A stretch of 52,367 bases of DNA from an uncultured Dehalococcoidaceae bacterium (GCA_964468755.1 CAYXWH010000005.1:1-52367); one strand, 5' to 3'. Shown: positions 8,979-17,933, counted from the stretch's first letter. The notes: a model not told the origin generated them from the sequence alone. Program-made: numbers and translations.

Positions 8979-10799
8979 TTACAGATACTCCTTAATTCTC
9001 CTTGCCTGACTCAGGTTTATGCCGGCGGTGGTTGCCAGTTCGTCGGCTGACGCCTGCCTGATGGCGCGTACCGTGCCGAATTGTTTCAGCAGCGAGCGCT
9101 TGCGTTTGGGGCCAATACCGGGAATGCCGTCCAGAGCCGAGGCAAAGGTCTGCCGCTGGCGTACCCTGGTATGGTAACTGATGGCGAAGCGGTGGGCTTC
9201 ATCGCGGAGTCGCTGGAGTAGCTGGAGACCGGGGGAGGAGTGGGGCAGGACAATCGGCTTGGCTCTATGGGGGACGAACAGCTCTTCGTTTTCCTTGGCT
9301 ATACTGGCCAGGGGTGCCGCGTTGCCCGCCTCGTTTAATGCCGACCGGGCGGCGTTGAGCTGTCCCTTGCCGCCGTCAATCAGGACGAGGTCGGGAACGG
9401 AAGCCCAGGTGTCCGGTGTGGAAGTCTCCGCTTTGGCATGTTTGAAGCGCCGCTTGAGCACTTCCTGAAGCATGGCATAATCGTTGGCGCCGGAGACAGT
9501 TTTAATCTTGAAACGCCGGTAATGGGCTGGTTTGGCTATGCCCTTTTCAAAGACCACCATACTGCCCACGGCGGCGTATCCCTGCAGGTTGGAGATATCG
9601 TATGCCTCCATGCGGAGCGGCGGGTGCTCCAGACCGAGTTCCTGCTCAATTTGCTTCAGAGCGGTTTCCAGTGCTCGGGGGGTACCCAGTTGCCTGATTT
9701 TCATCTGCTCCAGTCCCTGCCGGGCGTTCTCGGCAACTATGTCAATCAACTCCTTCTTACTGCCGCGTTGCGGTACCTGAAGGACAATCGAACCTCGCCG
9801 CTTGTCCCGGAGCCACTCCTTGATAACGGCAGCATCTTCTACCGGGTGCTGTAGCAGTAGCCGGGGTGGTAGTGAGGGAGCGGAGTCATAGAACTGTTTG
9901 ATAAAGCCGGTCATGATTTGCGGGGGCTCCTCATGGCGGGTGCCCTGCAGGACAAAGCTCTCCCGGCCGGTCAGCTTGTTACTGCGAATAAAAAACACCT
10001 GGACATAAGCTACATCTCTGTCCTGGGCGAAGGCAATGACATCCTGTTCGCCCCTGACCCTGGTGGCGATTCGCTGCCCCTCGATAACCTTCCGGATGGC
10101 TTGAATCTGGTCCCGGATAAAGGCGGCTTTTTCGAACTGGAGGGCATCGGCAGCCTCGCTCATCTTCTGCTCCATCTCTTTGACCACCCTCTCCTGTTTT
10201 CCTTCCAGAAAGAGAATTACCTCCCTGATTATTTCAGCGTACTCTTCCCGGCTCACCGCCCCGATACAGGGAGCCAGACAGCGTCCCAGATGGTATTCGA
10301 GGCAGGCGCGTTCGTTGCCGGTGATGCGCTTGGAGCAGATACGAAAGGGGAAAATTCCCTTGATGACCTTCAGGGTCTGGCGCACCGACCGGGCATCGGT
10401 AAACGGCCCGAAGTACCGTCCGCCGTCCTGCTCGAGTCGGCGGGTCACGTAAATCCGGGGCCAGTCCTGGCCGGTCTCAACCTTGAGGTAAGGGAAGGTC
10501 TTGTCATCTTTTAGCCGGACATTGAAGCGCGGGTGGTGCCGCTTTATCAGGTTCAGCTCAAGGATAAGTGCCTCCTGCTCCGAACCGGTGACCAGAAAAT
10601 CGAGGTCGGTTATCCGGGCTACCATCCGTTGTATTTTCGGCGATAGCTTGTTGGTTGCGCCGAAATAAGACCGCACCCGGTTCTGCAGGTTGGTTGCCTT
10701 ACCGACATAGAGGATGTTCCCCCCGGTATCCTTGAACAGGTAGACGCCCGGGCCGGTGGGCAATCGTTTCAGTTGTTCTTTTATCAGGCTGCTGACCAA
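8979..10799 (-). CDS. uvrC: Excinuclease ABC subunit C
   Basis: GIY-YIG (GVYLF..ILYVGKA), Cys cluster, UVR domain, RNase H-like DISN and LIDGGKGQL, HhH GIPGIGPKR. Confidence 0.97.
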   Translation of the reverse strand: MVSSLIKEQLKRLPTGPGVYLFKDTGGNILYVGKATNLQNRVRSYFGATNKLSPKIQRMVARITDLDFLVTGSEQEALILELNLIKRHHPRFNVRLKDDKTFPYLKVETGQDWPRIYVTRRLEQDGGRYFGPFTDARSVRQTLKVIKGIFPFRICSKRITGNERACLEYHLGRCLAPCIGAVSREEYAEIIREVILFLEGKQERVVKEMEQKMSEAADALQFEKAAFIRDQIQAIRKVIEGQRIATRVRGEQDVIAFAQDRDVAYVQVFFIRSNKLTGRESFVLQGTRHEEPPQIMTGFIKQFYDSAPSLPPRLLLQHPVEDAAVIKEWLRDKRRGSIVLQVPQRGSKKELIDIVAENARQGLEQMKIRQLGTPRALETALKQIEQELGLEHPPLRMEAYDISNLQGYAAVGSMVVFEKGIAKPAHYRRFKIKTVSGANDYAMLQEVLKRRFKHAKAETSTPDTWASVPDLVLIDGGKGQLNAARSALNEAGNAAPLASIAKENEELFVPHRAKPIVLPHSSPGLQLLQRLRDEAHRFAISYHTRVRQRQTFASALDGIPGIGPKRKRSLLKQFGTVRAIRQASADELATTAGINLSQARRIKEYL

Positions 10800-10826
10800 A
10801 GTTTCTCCTCGGATAGTCTCATAGAT

Positions 10827-10835
10827 ATTTTAGCA
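10827..10835 (-). promoter_or_regulatory. Extended -10 promoter of uvrC
   Basis: TGcTAAAAT upstream of GAGGAG Shine-Dalgarno. Confidence 0.5.
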
Positions 10836-10841
10836 TAGCCC

Positions 10842-11255
10842 GTGGTGCGGACAAAGCGCCTGGCGGGTAGATTACGGGCGGAGCTGGTAGGTATGAAAAA
10901 TATCATCGCCGGAGTAGTGATAGGCAAAGACGATGGCGTATCGATTGCGTCAGGCAGCACACTTCAGGCGATTTCTGATTGTGATGTGGGAGACCGGGTC
11001 TATGTGCTTACCAGACCGGAGGATATTGCGCTGACGCTCGCCAGGGATACCAGTAGCGCGCGGAATGTCTACCCGGGCCGGGTCACCGGCACCGTGCTGG
11101 CGGGACCACTGGTCAGGATGAAGCTGGACTGCGGTTTTCCCCTTAATGTGCTGCTCACCCGGCGCTCAGCCGAAGAAATGGGCCTGGCTTTGGGCAGCGA
11201 GGTCTTTGCCAGCTTTAAGGCGACGGCCCTGCGGGTCATCAAGAGGCTGGACTGA
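10842..11255 (+). pseudogene. Stand-alone TOBE/Mop domains; likely C-terminal remnant of a molybdate/tungstate ABC ATPase
   Basis: SARNVYPGRV and VFASFKATAL Mop motifs, RPEDI; no Walker A/B. Confidence 0.55.
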
Positions 11256-11308
11256 AGTACCGTCACCCGCCGGTTTCATAGTTTTTATGCGGCTGCCGGC
11301 TAGCCGTC

Positions 11309-11992
11309 TTAGCTTAAAGAGATAAGCCCCTGTTTGATGGCGACGACCACGGCTTCGGTGCGGGCATTCGCGTTCAGCTTACGCAATATGGAAGTCACAT
11401 GGTTTTTAATGGTCTGCTCGCTGATGCCGAGTTCGGCGGCAATCTGCTTGTTCAGGAACCCCTTGGCAATATAATCGAGTATCTCGGTTTCTCGTGGAGT
11501 AAGCGGGGAAAGGAACGGTTCGGCTTCGCTTCGCCAGTAGAGTTCCTGAAACTGGTGCAATACGTGTTCGGCGACTTTGGGGCGGGTGGTGAGGCATTCG
11601 TTTATCGGGTGCTCGCCGCGGGCTACCCGTCGGATATGGTCGATGAGCTGGCTGGCGGTAACCTCCTTGCTCAGGTACGCCACTGCCTGTGCCTTGAGTG
11701 CCTGGAACAGCTGGGCGTCGTTGGGGCTGGAGCTAAGCACGATTACGCCGATATTCGGTGAGCGCTGTTTTATCCGGTGAGCCAGGCTCAGACTGTCATC
11801 GGAAGGACCATCAATATCTACCAGGGCTACCTCCGGTGGTAGATTATCGATGGTAGTCAGCGCTTTCTCATTGACATCCACCACTCCCGAAATTTCTATG
11901 TCGTCAACATCACCAAGGGAATGCTCGATGCCCTGTCGGAACAGGGACTGCTGGCTGACCACGAATACTTGAATTTTATTACGCGCGTTCAT
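11309..11992 (-). CDS. NarL/LuxR-family response regulator (REC + LuxR HTH), atypical receiver
   Basis: LTPRETEIL..IAKGFLNKQIAAELGISEQTIKNHVTSILRKL HTH; REC with LVD but SQQ in place of DD. Confidence 0.9.
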   Translation of the reverse strand: MNARNKIQVFVVSQQSLFRQGIEHSLGDVDDIEISGVVDVNEKALTTIDNLPPEVALVDIDGPSDDSLSLAHRIKQRSPNIGVIVLSSSPNDAQLFQALKAQAVAYLSKEVTASQLIDHIRRVARGEHPINECLTTRPKVAEHVLHQFQELYWRSEAEPFLSPLTPRETEILDYIAKGFLNKQIAAELGISEQTIKNHVTSILRKLNANARTEAVVVAIKQGLISLS

Positions 11993-12043
11993 GATGCGAC
12001 TGATCAGGCGATCCCCGAATGCCGGGTTCGCCTGGAAACAGCT

Positions 12044-15000
12044 TTACCTCCTCCTTTTTTGCGGTACCGGTATGGCAGATTTGGTCACCGAACGGAAGAC
12101 TTCGACGAGATGCGGGTCGAACTTCGTGCCCGCCCCCAGTCTTATTTCCTCCAGAGCGCGGTCAGGGGTGAATGCCGCTGCGTCGGGCCGATCCGAGGTG
12201 AGCTCGGCAAAGGCGTCAGCAATCGCCAGAATACGGGCTTCCAGCGGTATCTCCTCACCCTTTAGCCCTTTGGGATAACCACCGCCGTCATATTCCTCAT
12301 GGTGGTAGAGAATGCCATCAACGCATGGCGCCAGCTGGTGCGACTGGTTGATAATAGCTGCCCCAAGCTGCGGGTGTGTTCTTACCACGTCCCACTCCTC
12401 GTCAGTGAGCTTATCATGCTTGTTGAGGATTTCATTACTTATACCAATCTTACCAATATCATGCAGCATTGCACAACACTCCAGCCGGTTTTTCTCCAGC
12501 GATCCCAGATTGAGGGCATCGGCCAGAGCCAGTGAATACTCAATAACCTTCTTGGAGCGATGGCTGGTATAAGGGTTTCTGGCGTCTACTGTTGCTGCCA
12601 GGGCGTAAATTGAGCTTAGTGAGCCGCTACTATCGTCGTGAATTGCCGGGCTGAGACTGACGTGCTCCGGTAATGTTTTTTCCGAGGCGCACTGGCACTG
12701 GTTACCGCCATTGTGTTTGGCGTAGTAAAGCGCCGCGTCCGCCGTCATGATAATCTCATCGGCGCTGATACCGTCCACCGGCCAGGTGGATAGTCCCAGG
12801 CTGGCGGTTAATTGAATATCCCTGGCGTTCACCTTTTTCGAGATCTGTGTGCGTACCCGTTCCGCTACCTGTTGTGCGGCTTCGATGCCTGTCTGTGGTA
12901 ACAGGATAGCAAACTCGTCACCACCGTAGCGGAAAGCCTGGTCAGCAGTTCTAATGGTCTTCTTAAGGGTATTGCCAACCTGTTTGAGTAGCTTATCCCC
13001 GGCAGGGTGTCCGTAACTGTCGTTGAACAACTTGAAAGAATCGAGGTCAAGTATGATTAATGAGAAAATGCCACCGTAGCGCGAGTGACGCCCGATTTCA
13101 CTGGTAATCATTTCATCCAGAGAGCGGCGATTAAGCAGCCCGGTTACCTGGTCGACGCGGGCTTGCTCCTCTACTTTGGCGTAAAGCTGAGAATTCTTCA
13201 CGGCGATGGAAATCTGTGAAGACAGGTGGTCAAGAATCTTGATGTAGCGCTGGCTAATGGCATTCGGCTTCAGACTGGTTATCATCAGGCTGCCCATCAC
13301 TTTGCCTTCGGCAAAGAGCGGCAGGCATGCAACATAGCGTATTCCTTGCTTCCGGTGATAGTCCCCGATAGTGGTAGTGGTATTCTGTTGCAGGTCTGGC
13401 TCAATCAGCGGCTTCTGATGGTTAATCACCCATTCCGTGAAGGTGCCTTTGAGTGCCAATCGGTCCTGCACTTTAAATTTGGGGTCTATCTTGCTGGAGA
13501 CCGCTATGACGCGAAGCTCTTCCCCCTCAACCAGGAGGATTGATGCCCAGTGTATCTGTATTAATTTTTTAATCTCGGCTATGAAGCTGTCGAATATTTC
13601 CTGTATATCCAGTTTGGAAGTAATGATGGCGATGGAGCGGTTAAGCAGGGATAGTTCTTCTTCCCGTGCTCGGAGCTGCTCCCGCAGGTATTCCTTCTCC
13701 ATGCTTACCGCTACTATATTGGTCACATCCTCGAGAAGATTGAGGTCTTCCAGCGAGTAGCGCCCGTGTTGTCTTTTACTCAGTGCCAGGATGGCAATCA
13801 GCTTCTCGCGGCTTATGAGCGGCATAAAGAGTTCTATCTCATTCCGGGAAATTACTTCCTTTTCCTGTTCCCAGAGGCTGCGGAATTCAGGCAGGATGGA
13901 CAGACTTTCTCTGGTCAATGGTTTTTGTTCTCGATTCAGATACTCGATAATAGGATGGTTCTCTTTTATCGTGAGGCCGGAGAGGGGGTTAGCTTTCTCC
14001 GCGGGCTCGGCAAGCTGGGTCGTGAAATCATTGCTGCCGGTCTCGGGGAAAAGCAGACAGACCCGTTTGCAGCTGACTGACTTGGCGATAAGGCTCAGCA
14101 GGTTCCCGCCTTGTGCCTTGAGGGTGAAGACGTTGTGAATGGTGTTGGCGAAATACGTGAGTTCCTGGCGGTAATTGTAGATTTGTCCCTGGATCCCGCG
14201 GCTTATCAGGAAAAAGAGGGAGCTGCGCAATCGGTAGACGAATGTGGCGATGGCGATAGCCACTGCAGTAGCGGCAGTAGTCGCGGTTAGGCTGAGATCA
14301 AAGTCCAGCACGGAATGCAGGATATAAAGCAGAACCCAGTAGCTTGCGCAGCCGATAACTACCAGTGTTGCCCAGGCTACACTCCGCCTCAGTACTATCT
14401 TGATGTCCACCAGTTGGTGCCGGATTACTGCATAGCTAAGGATAAAGGCGTTGATAAGGCTGCCGAAGTGGCTTATCGGGTACACACTTATCGAGGGGAT
14501 AATGGCAAGGACGGAAAACGCGGTTACCACGCAGATGCCCAGTATAAGCGTGATAATTTGATTGTACAGTATCAGATTGTCGAGTGTCTTCAGTCGCTTT
14601 ACGAATACATAAAGGTTCCTTACTACCAGAGTTATCAGGGGAACTACTATGGCAATGATGCCGATGCCGTAATCAGGGTAGTGCCGCTCGCCAATTATCT
14701 CGATATCTCTGGGAACGTATCCCAGCCCCACCAGAATCATCATTATTCCCAGACAGATATAGGCGAATGGCAGCCAGCGGCCCTGTCCCGGCGCAAAGAA
14801 AGAAGAAGTGAAGCAATGGAACTGCACTGCCATGAATGCGAAGGCCAATATGACTATCCGAAACAATACGAGGCCGTGTTCCGGGAAAAAATTACTGCGG
14901 GCAAAGTAGTCGGTGAGACTCCATATGATGGCCGAGATGAGAAATATCACGAAAAGCGTGTTCCGTCGCTGCCAGGGGCGACTGCTTAGCGCGGTTACCA

Positions 15001-15055
15001 GAAGCGGTATATACGCAATGGTCGCGATGAATGGAAAAACGGAGTATACATTCAT
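12044..15055 (-). CDS. Membrane-bound diguanylate cyclase / HD-GYP protein (7TM-like sensor, 2 GAF-like domains, GGDEF, HD-GYP)
   Basis: About 10 N-terminal TM helices; DQVTGLLNRR; RTAD-x5-GGDEF; HDIGK; HHEEYDGGGYP. Confidence 0.9.
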   Translation of the reverse strand: MNVYSVFPFIATIAYIPLLVTALSSRPWQRRNTLFVIFLISAIIWSLTDYFARSNFFPEHGLVLFRIVILAFAFMAVQFHCFTSSFFAPGQGRWLPFAYICLGIMMILVGLGYVPRDIEIIGERHYPDYGIGIIAIVVPLITLVVRNLYVFVKRLKTLDNLILYNQIITLILGICVVTAFSVLAIIPSISVYPISHFGSLINAFILSYAVIRHQLVDIKIVLRRSVAWATLVVIGCASYWVLLYILHSVLDFDLSLTATTAATAVAIAIATFVYRLRSSLFFLISRGIQGQIYNYRQELTYFANTIHNVFTLKAQGGNLLSLIAKSVSCKRVCLLFPETGSNDFTTQLAEPAEKANPLSGLTIKENHPIIEYLNREQKPLTRESLSILPEFRSLWEQEKEVISRNEIELFMPLISREKLIAILALSKRQHGRYSLEDLNLLEDVTNIVAVSMEKEYLREQLRAREEELSLLNRSIAIITSKLDIQEIFDSFIAEIKKLIQIHWASILLVEGEELRVIAVSSKIDPKFKVQDRLALKGTFTEWVINHQKPLIEPDLQQNTTTTIGDYHRKQGIRYVACLPLFAEGKVMGSLMITSLKPNAISQRYIKILDHLSSQISIAVKNSQLYAKVEEQARVDQVTGLLNRRSLDEMITSEIGRHSRYGGIFSLIILDLDSFKLFNDSYGHPAGDKLLKQVGNTLKKTIRTADQAFRYGGDEFAILLPQTGIEAAQQVAERVRTQISKKVNARDIQLTASLGLSTWPVDGISADEIIMTADAALYYAKHNGGNQCQCASEKTLPEHVSLSPAIHDDSSGSLSSIYALAATVDARNPYTSHRSKKVIEYSLALADALNLGSLEKNRLECCAMLHDIGKIGISNEILNKHDKLTDEEWDVVRTHPQLGAAIINQSHQLAPCVDGILYHHEEYDGGGYPKGLKGEEIPLEARILAIADAFAELTSDRPDAAAFTPDRALEEIRLGAGTKFDPHLVEVFRSVTKSAIPVPQKRRR

Positions 15056-15084
15056 GGGAAAATTATTACCTTAAATGTGGGGGC

Positions 15085-15133
15085 TGTCAAGTAAAACTAA
15101 AGTAGGTTAGCTAAAGTAAGCAAGACTAAAGTA
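15085..15133 (-). promoter_or_regulatory. -35 box (TTGACA) of the cyclase gene preceded by three CTAAAGTA direct repeats
   Basis: CTAAAGTA at 15097, 15111 and 15126; TGTCAA at 15085-15090. Confidence 0.6.
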
Positions 15134-16804
15134 CTATCGTACCGTTGCCGTGCCAGCTTCAACTGCTTCACTGGCGGCAGCCAGTGTTTCCGCTGTGCTG
15201 AGCAGGAAGGAAAGTATAGTTGCCGGAGGATTAACATGTGGCGGTTTGAGGTGCGCCAGGTCCGCCCCTTCCTGCTGTTTCTGGCGGGTATAGTGAGCAA
15301 AGGTCCCCTTTGGGAGCAGAGTGACCGCAACCCCGAACTTAATAGATTCAGCATAATCGCCGCGCAGCGGTGAATCGGCGCTGAAATCATCATTCTCGGT
15401 TTCCATAATCTGGCGGTGTACCGCCTGGGCTATATCTGCCTCGCTGGGTAATGAGTCATGCTTGGGTTCAATGAGGAGGTGCAGCACCGCTTTCCCCGGT
15501 TGCTTGTAGGCTGTCCATTCCTGGTAATCGATACCGGTATCCTGGATTGCCCGCCATATGGTCTTTTCCGTGAGCCGGACGACCACGAAATCGAGCAGGT
15601 CATCGGCCCGTCTCTCAAAGACCATCTGTGGCAGGTTGATGCCCACCTTTTCATTTCGGAGCGAAGTTATCCGTATTATATCACCGACCCGGTATCTCAC
15701 CAGGGCGCCGCCATGGAAACTGGTGACAACAATCTCGTAATTTTCCCCGGGGATTACTTCATCGAGCAGAACCGTCTGCGGCTGGTAACTTTTATCCTCC
15801 TGCCACTTGAAATGTTCCTTTTCCGGAATGAACTCCAGGAAATTGAGGCTGGGAACGAAGGTCATTGATTGGTAGTCCCAGGTCTGGGTGGCGACGATGC
15901 CCATTTCGGTGCCGGCATACACGTCCAGGGGATATCGGCCCCAGAGTTCCTTGATCTTATCCCGGTACACCCAGCTATCCAGTCCGCTGCTGATAATCCC
16001 CCGCACCGACCACAGGTCTCTGGGGAGCATCGCCCGACGGGCTAGCTTGCTCTTGACCGCTCCTTTAGCCAGACGGAGCAGCGCCCGGGGTTGGGACAAC
16101 AAGGGGCGGATATCCATTTTGGTTGAGGAGGAACCCAATTTTTCACCAACGGCGACCAGCACCAGGGACAGACCAAAGAAATAGTCGATTCCTTCACTGA
16201 GGGCGCACTTGAATCCTGATTTCACCCGGTCTTCAAATGATAGGTTTTCCGCTTCTTCCAGCGGGGGCAAATGTTTAATGGGGGTCTGTTGCTCCAACAT
16301 GCAAGCCATGGCACCGGACATGTATGGCCTGGGGGCGACCGTGTAGACCAGCCGGGGATGATTGGGCAGCCGCGAAGTATCGTTCCAGCCCCGGCAATTT
16401 GACAAGTTGCCGATGCCGTACATTATCACGCTTAATTCTTCGGAGTATGCCTTGGTTACCGGCACCCACTTGCAGGGGTATTCACCGGACCTTCCCGAGG
16501 TGTGTACCCACATGACGGGACTGTCCGGTAATACGTCTTCTCGCTTCTCAAGCAGTTCCGGACAGTAATCAGCATAGGTGGTCAGGGGTGCCATCTCGCG
16601 AAACTCGTCGACGGTTTTCGGTTTTAACCCGCGCATAATCTTATCGCCAAGAGCGCTGCGGTTTAATAAATCAAGCTGCTCCAGTAGCAGGCGGTTTTGA
16701 ATGGTCATAAACTGCTCGATGTCAAGGCCGGTGAATCCACAGCACATCTGCCATAGCTCTTCATTCCTGCCCTGCTGAAGGAGCTCAATGGCTCTAGGCA
16801 TCAA
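15134..16804 (-). CDS. GH3 auxin-responsive-promoter family acyl-acid amido synthetase
   Basis: Adenylation motifs TSGRSG..K, YAGTE and YRVGD; PLTTYADY; overall length 556 aa. Confidence 0.85.
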   Translation of the reverse strand: MMPRAIELLQQGRNEELWQMCCGFTGLDIEQFMTIQNRLLLEQLDLLNRSALGDKIMRGLKPKTVDEFREMAPLTTYADYCPELLEKREDVLPDSPVMWVHTSGRSGEYPCKWVPVTKAYSEELSVIMYGIGNLSNCRGWNDTSRLPNHPRLVYTVAPRPYMSGAMACMLEQQTPIKHLPPLEEAENLSFEDRVKSGFKCALSEGIDYFFGLSLVLVAVGEKLGSSSTKMDIRPLLSQPRALLRLAKGAVKSKLARRAMLPRDLWSVRGIISSGLDSWVYRDKIKELWGRYPLDVYAGTEMGIVATQTWDYQSMTFVPSLNFLEFIPEKEHFKWQEDKSYQPQTVLLDEVIPGENYEIVVTSFHGGALVRYRVGDIIRITSLRNEKVGINLPQMVFERRADDLLDFVVVRLTEKTIWRAIQDTGIDYQEWTAYKQPGKAVLHLLIEPKHDSLPSEADIAQAVHRQIMETENDDFSADSPLRGDYAESIKFGVAVTLLPKGTFAHYTRQKQQEGADLAHLKPPHVNPPATILSFLLSTAETLAAASEAVEAGTATVR

Positions 16805-16960
16805 TTACCTCCCAGGCAAAGCTATACCAAATTCACTATGGCAGGTGTAGCCTTAGCTTGGGAAGTGATAAGGTTCTAGAACATAGTTCTATTGTGTGTG
16901 TGAACCCGTGAGCGTGGTGAGGCATGTGGCGTGGTTAGCGGGCGGTGTGGTAACGAGTAA

Positions 16961-17323
16961 TTAGGGCTCTTGAGAAGCCGATTCCTGGGAAATGGCAAGC
17001 TCCCTGAGTTGCCGGTCCAGTTCCTCAAGGCAGTCATTTAGCGGCGGTTCTGCCAGTCCCAGTCCGCAGCTGAGGAAAAACTCGAGGAAGCTGCGCATGA
17101 GTATCCCTGTCTTCCGGGTAAACTGGAGGAATTCTCGCCTGGTTATGTAGTCTCCCTGGATTTGAGCCTCGTCATTATTTTGCAACTGGCTATCAATGAG
17201 GGTATGGAGATATTCCGGTCGGCTCATGTCACCGCGTTGAACGTCTATTTTGCTTACTAACGCCTCATCGACGACCAGGATGGCCTCTTTTTCGTCAACT
17301 ATCAGTACCCTGTCCCCAGCCAC
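16961..17323 (-). CDS. Hypothetical protein, RHH/CopG-like N-terminus
   Basis: ILVVDEALVSKID.QRGDMSRPEYLHTLIDSQL pattern; likely GTG start at 17323 (ORF opens at 17344). Confidence 0.55.
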   Translation of the reverse strand: MAGDRVLIVDEKEAILVVDEALVSKIDVQRGDMSRPEYLHTLIDSQLQNNDEAQIQGDYITRREFLQFTRKTGILMRSFLEFFLSCGLGLAEPPLNDCLEELDRQLRELAISQESASQEP

Positions 17324-17481
17324 TGTATGCCCCCTTGGTTGCATCTTGTCTGATTTACACTCTCAATATAGCACCGGGGCATAAAGCGAGGTATAAAAGT
17401 GATAAATAATACATAAAATTTTTATTAAGCTTTCATTAAGACTATTGTACCGGGGGTGTTCCCATGCTTCCGGCGAAATGA

Positions 17482-17513
17482 ATGAACCGAAGGCAATTGT
17501 GCCTTCGGTTCAT
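17482..17513. terminator. 14-bp perfect stem-loop downstream of the wHTH gene
   Basis: ATGAACCGAAGGCA-attg-TGCCTTCGGTTCAT; weak U-tract. Confidence 0.55.
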
Positions 17514-17538
17514 GGGTAAAACCGTATACTACTGGTGG

Positions 17539-17820
17539 CTAGGCGACCGTACCAGTTTCCGGTTCCAGCATCTCCTGGATATTGCCAATCAATTCCAGTA
17601 GCTTGAGACCGTTCTCCGTCACCTGGTAGGTAACCGATGGGTTGCCAACCTGGACCTTGTCGATGAGACCTTGCTTCATCAGGAAACTGAGATATTTTTG
17701 TATCTGGCTGTAGCTCAGATTGGCATTGTACATGATTTTGGTTTTCCCCGCTCCGTTTTCGCCCACCTTCAACATGTCGGCAATTATCTCGATGTCGGAG
17801 CGGCGCTGATTTACCATCAT
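17539..17820 (-). CDS. Winged helix-turn-helix regulator (COG3432/HTH_45-like)
   Basis: RRSDIEIIADML...GKTKIMYNANLSYSQIQKYL...YQVTENG. Confidence 0.8.
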   Translation of the reverse strand: MMVNQRRSDIEIIADMLKVGENGAGKTKIMYNANLSYSQIQKYLSFLMKQGLIDKVQVGNPSVTYQVTENGLKLLELIGNIQEMLEPETGTVA

Positions 17821-17855
17821 CCACTTGCCTCCACCAGTACATAGTAACTAGGACT

Positions 17856-17884
17856 ATTGTAATGCTCATTGCGCGTACTGTCAA
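17856..17884 (-). promoter_or_regulatory. Near-consensus sigma70 promoter of the wHTH gene
   Basis: TTGACA-N17-TACAAT, then GGAGG Shine-Dalgarno. Confidence 0.75.
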
Positions 17885-17933
17885 CAGTTTGAGGCTGTTT
17901 TATGGCATTTGGCGCCAAAATAGTGTCAGAAGG

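Noticed and set aside
14315-14989. 224-aa plus-strand ORF rich in Y/Q/D/H
   Set aside because: Antisense mirror of the hydrophobic TM-coding region of the cyclase
16877-16891. SOS (LexA) box
   Set aside because: Spacer is 3 nt, not the 4 nt required; kept only as an unidentified dyad
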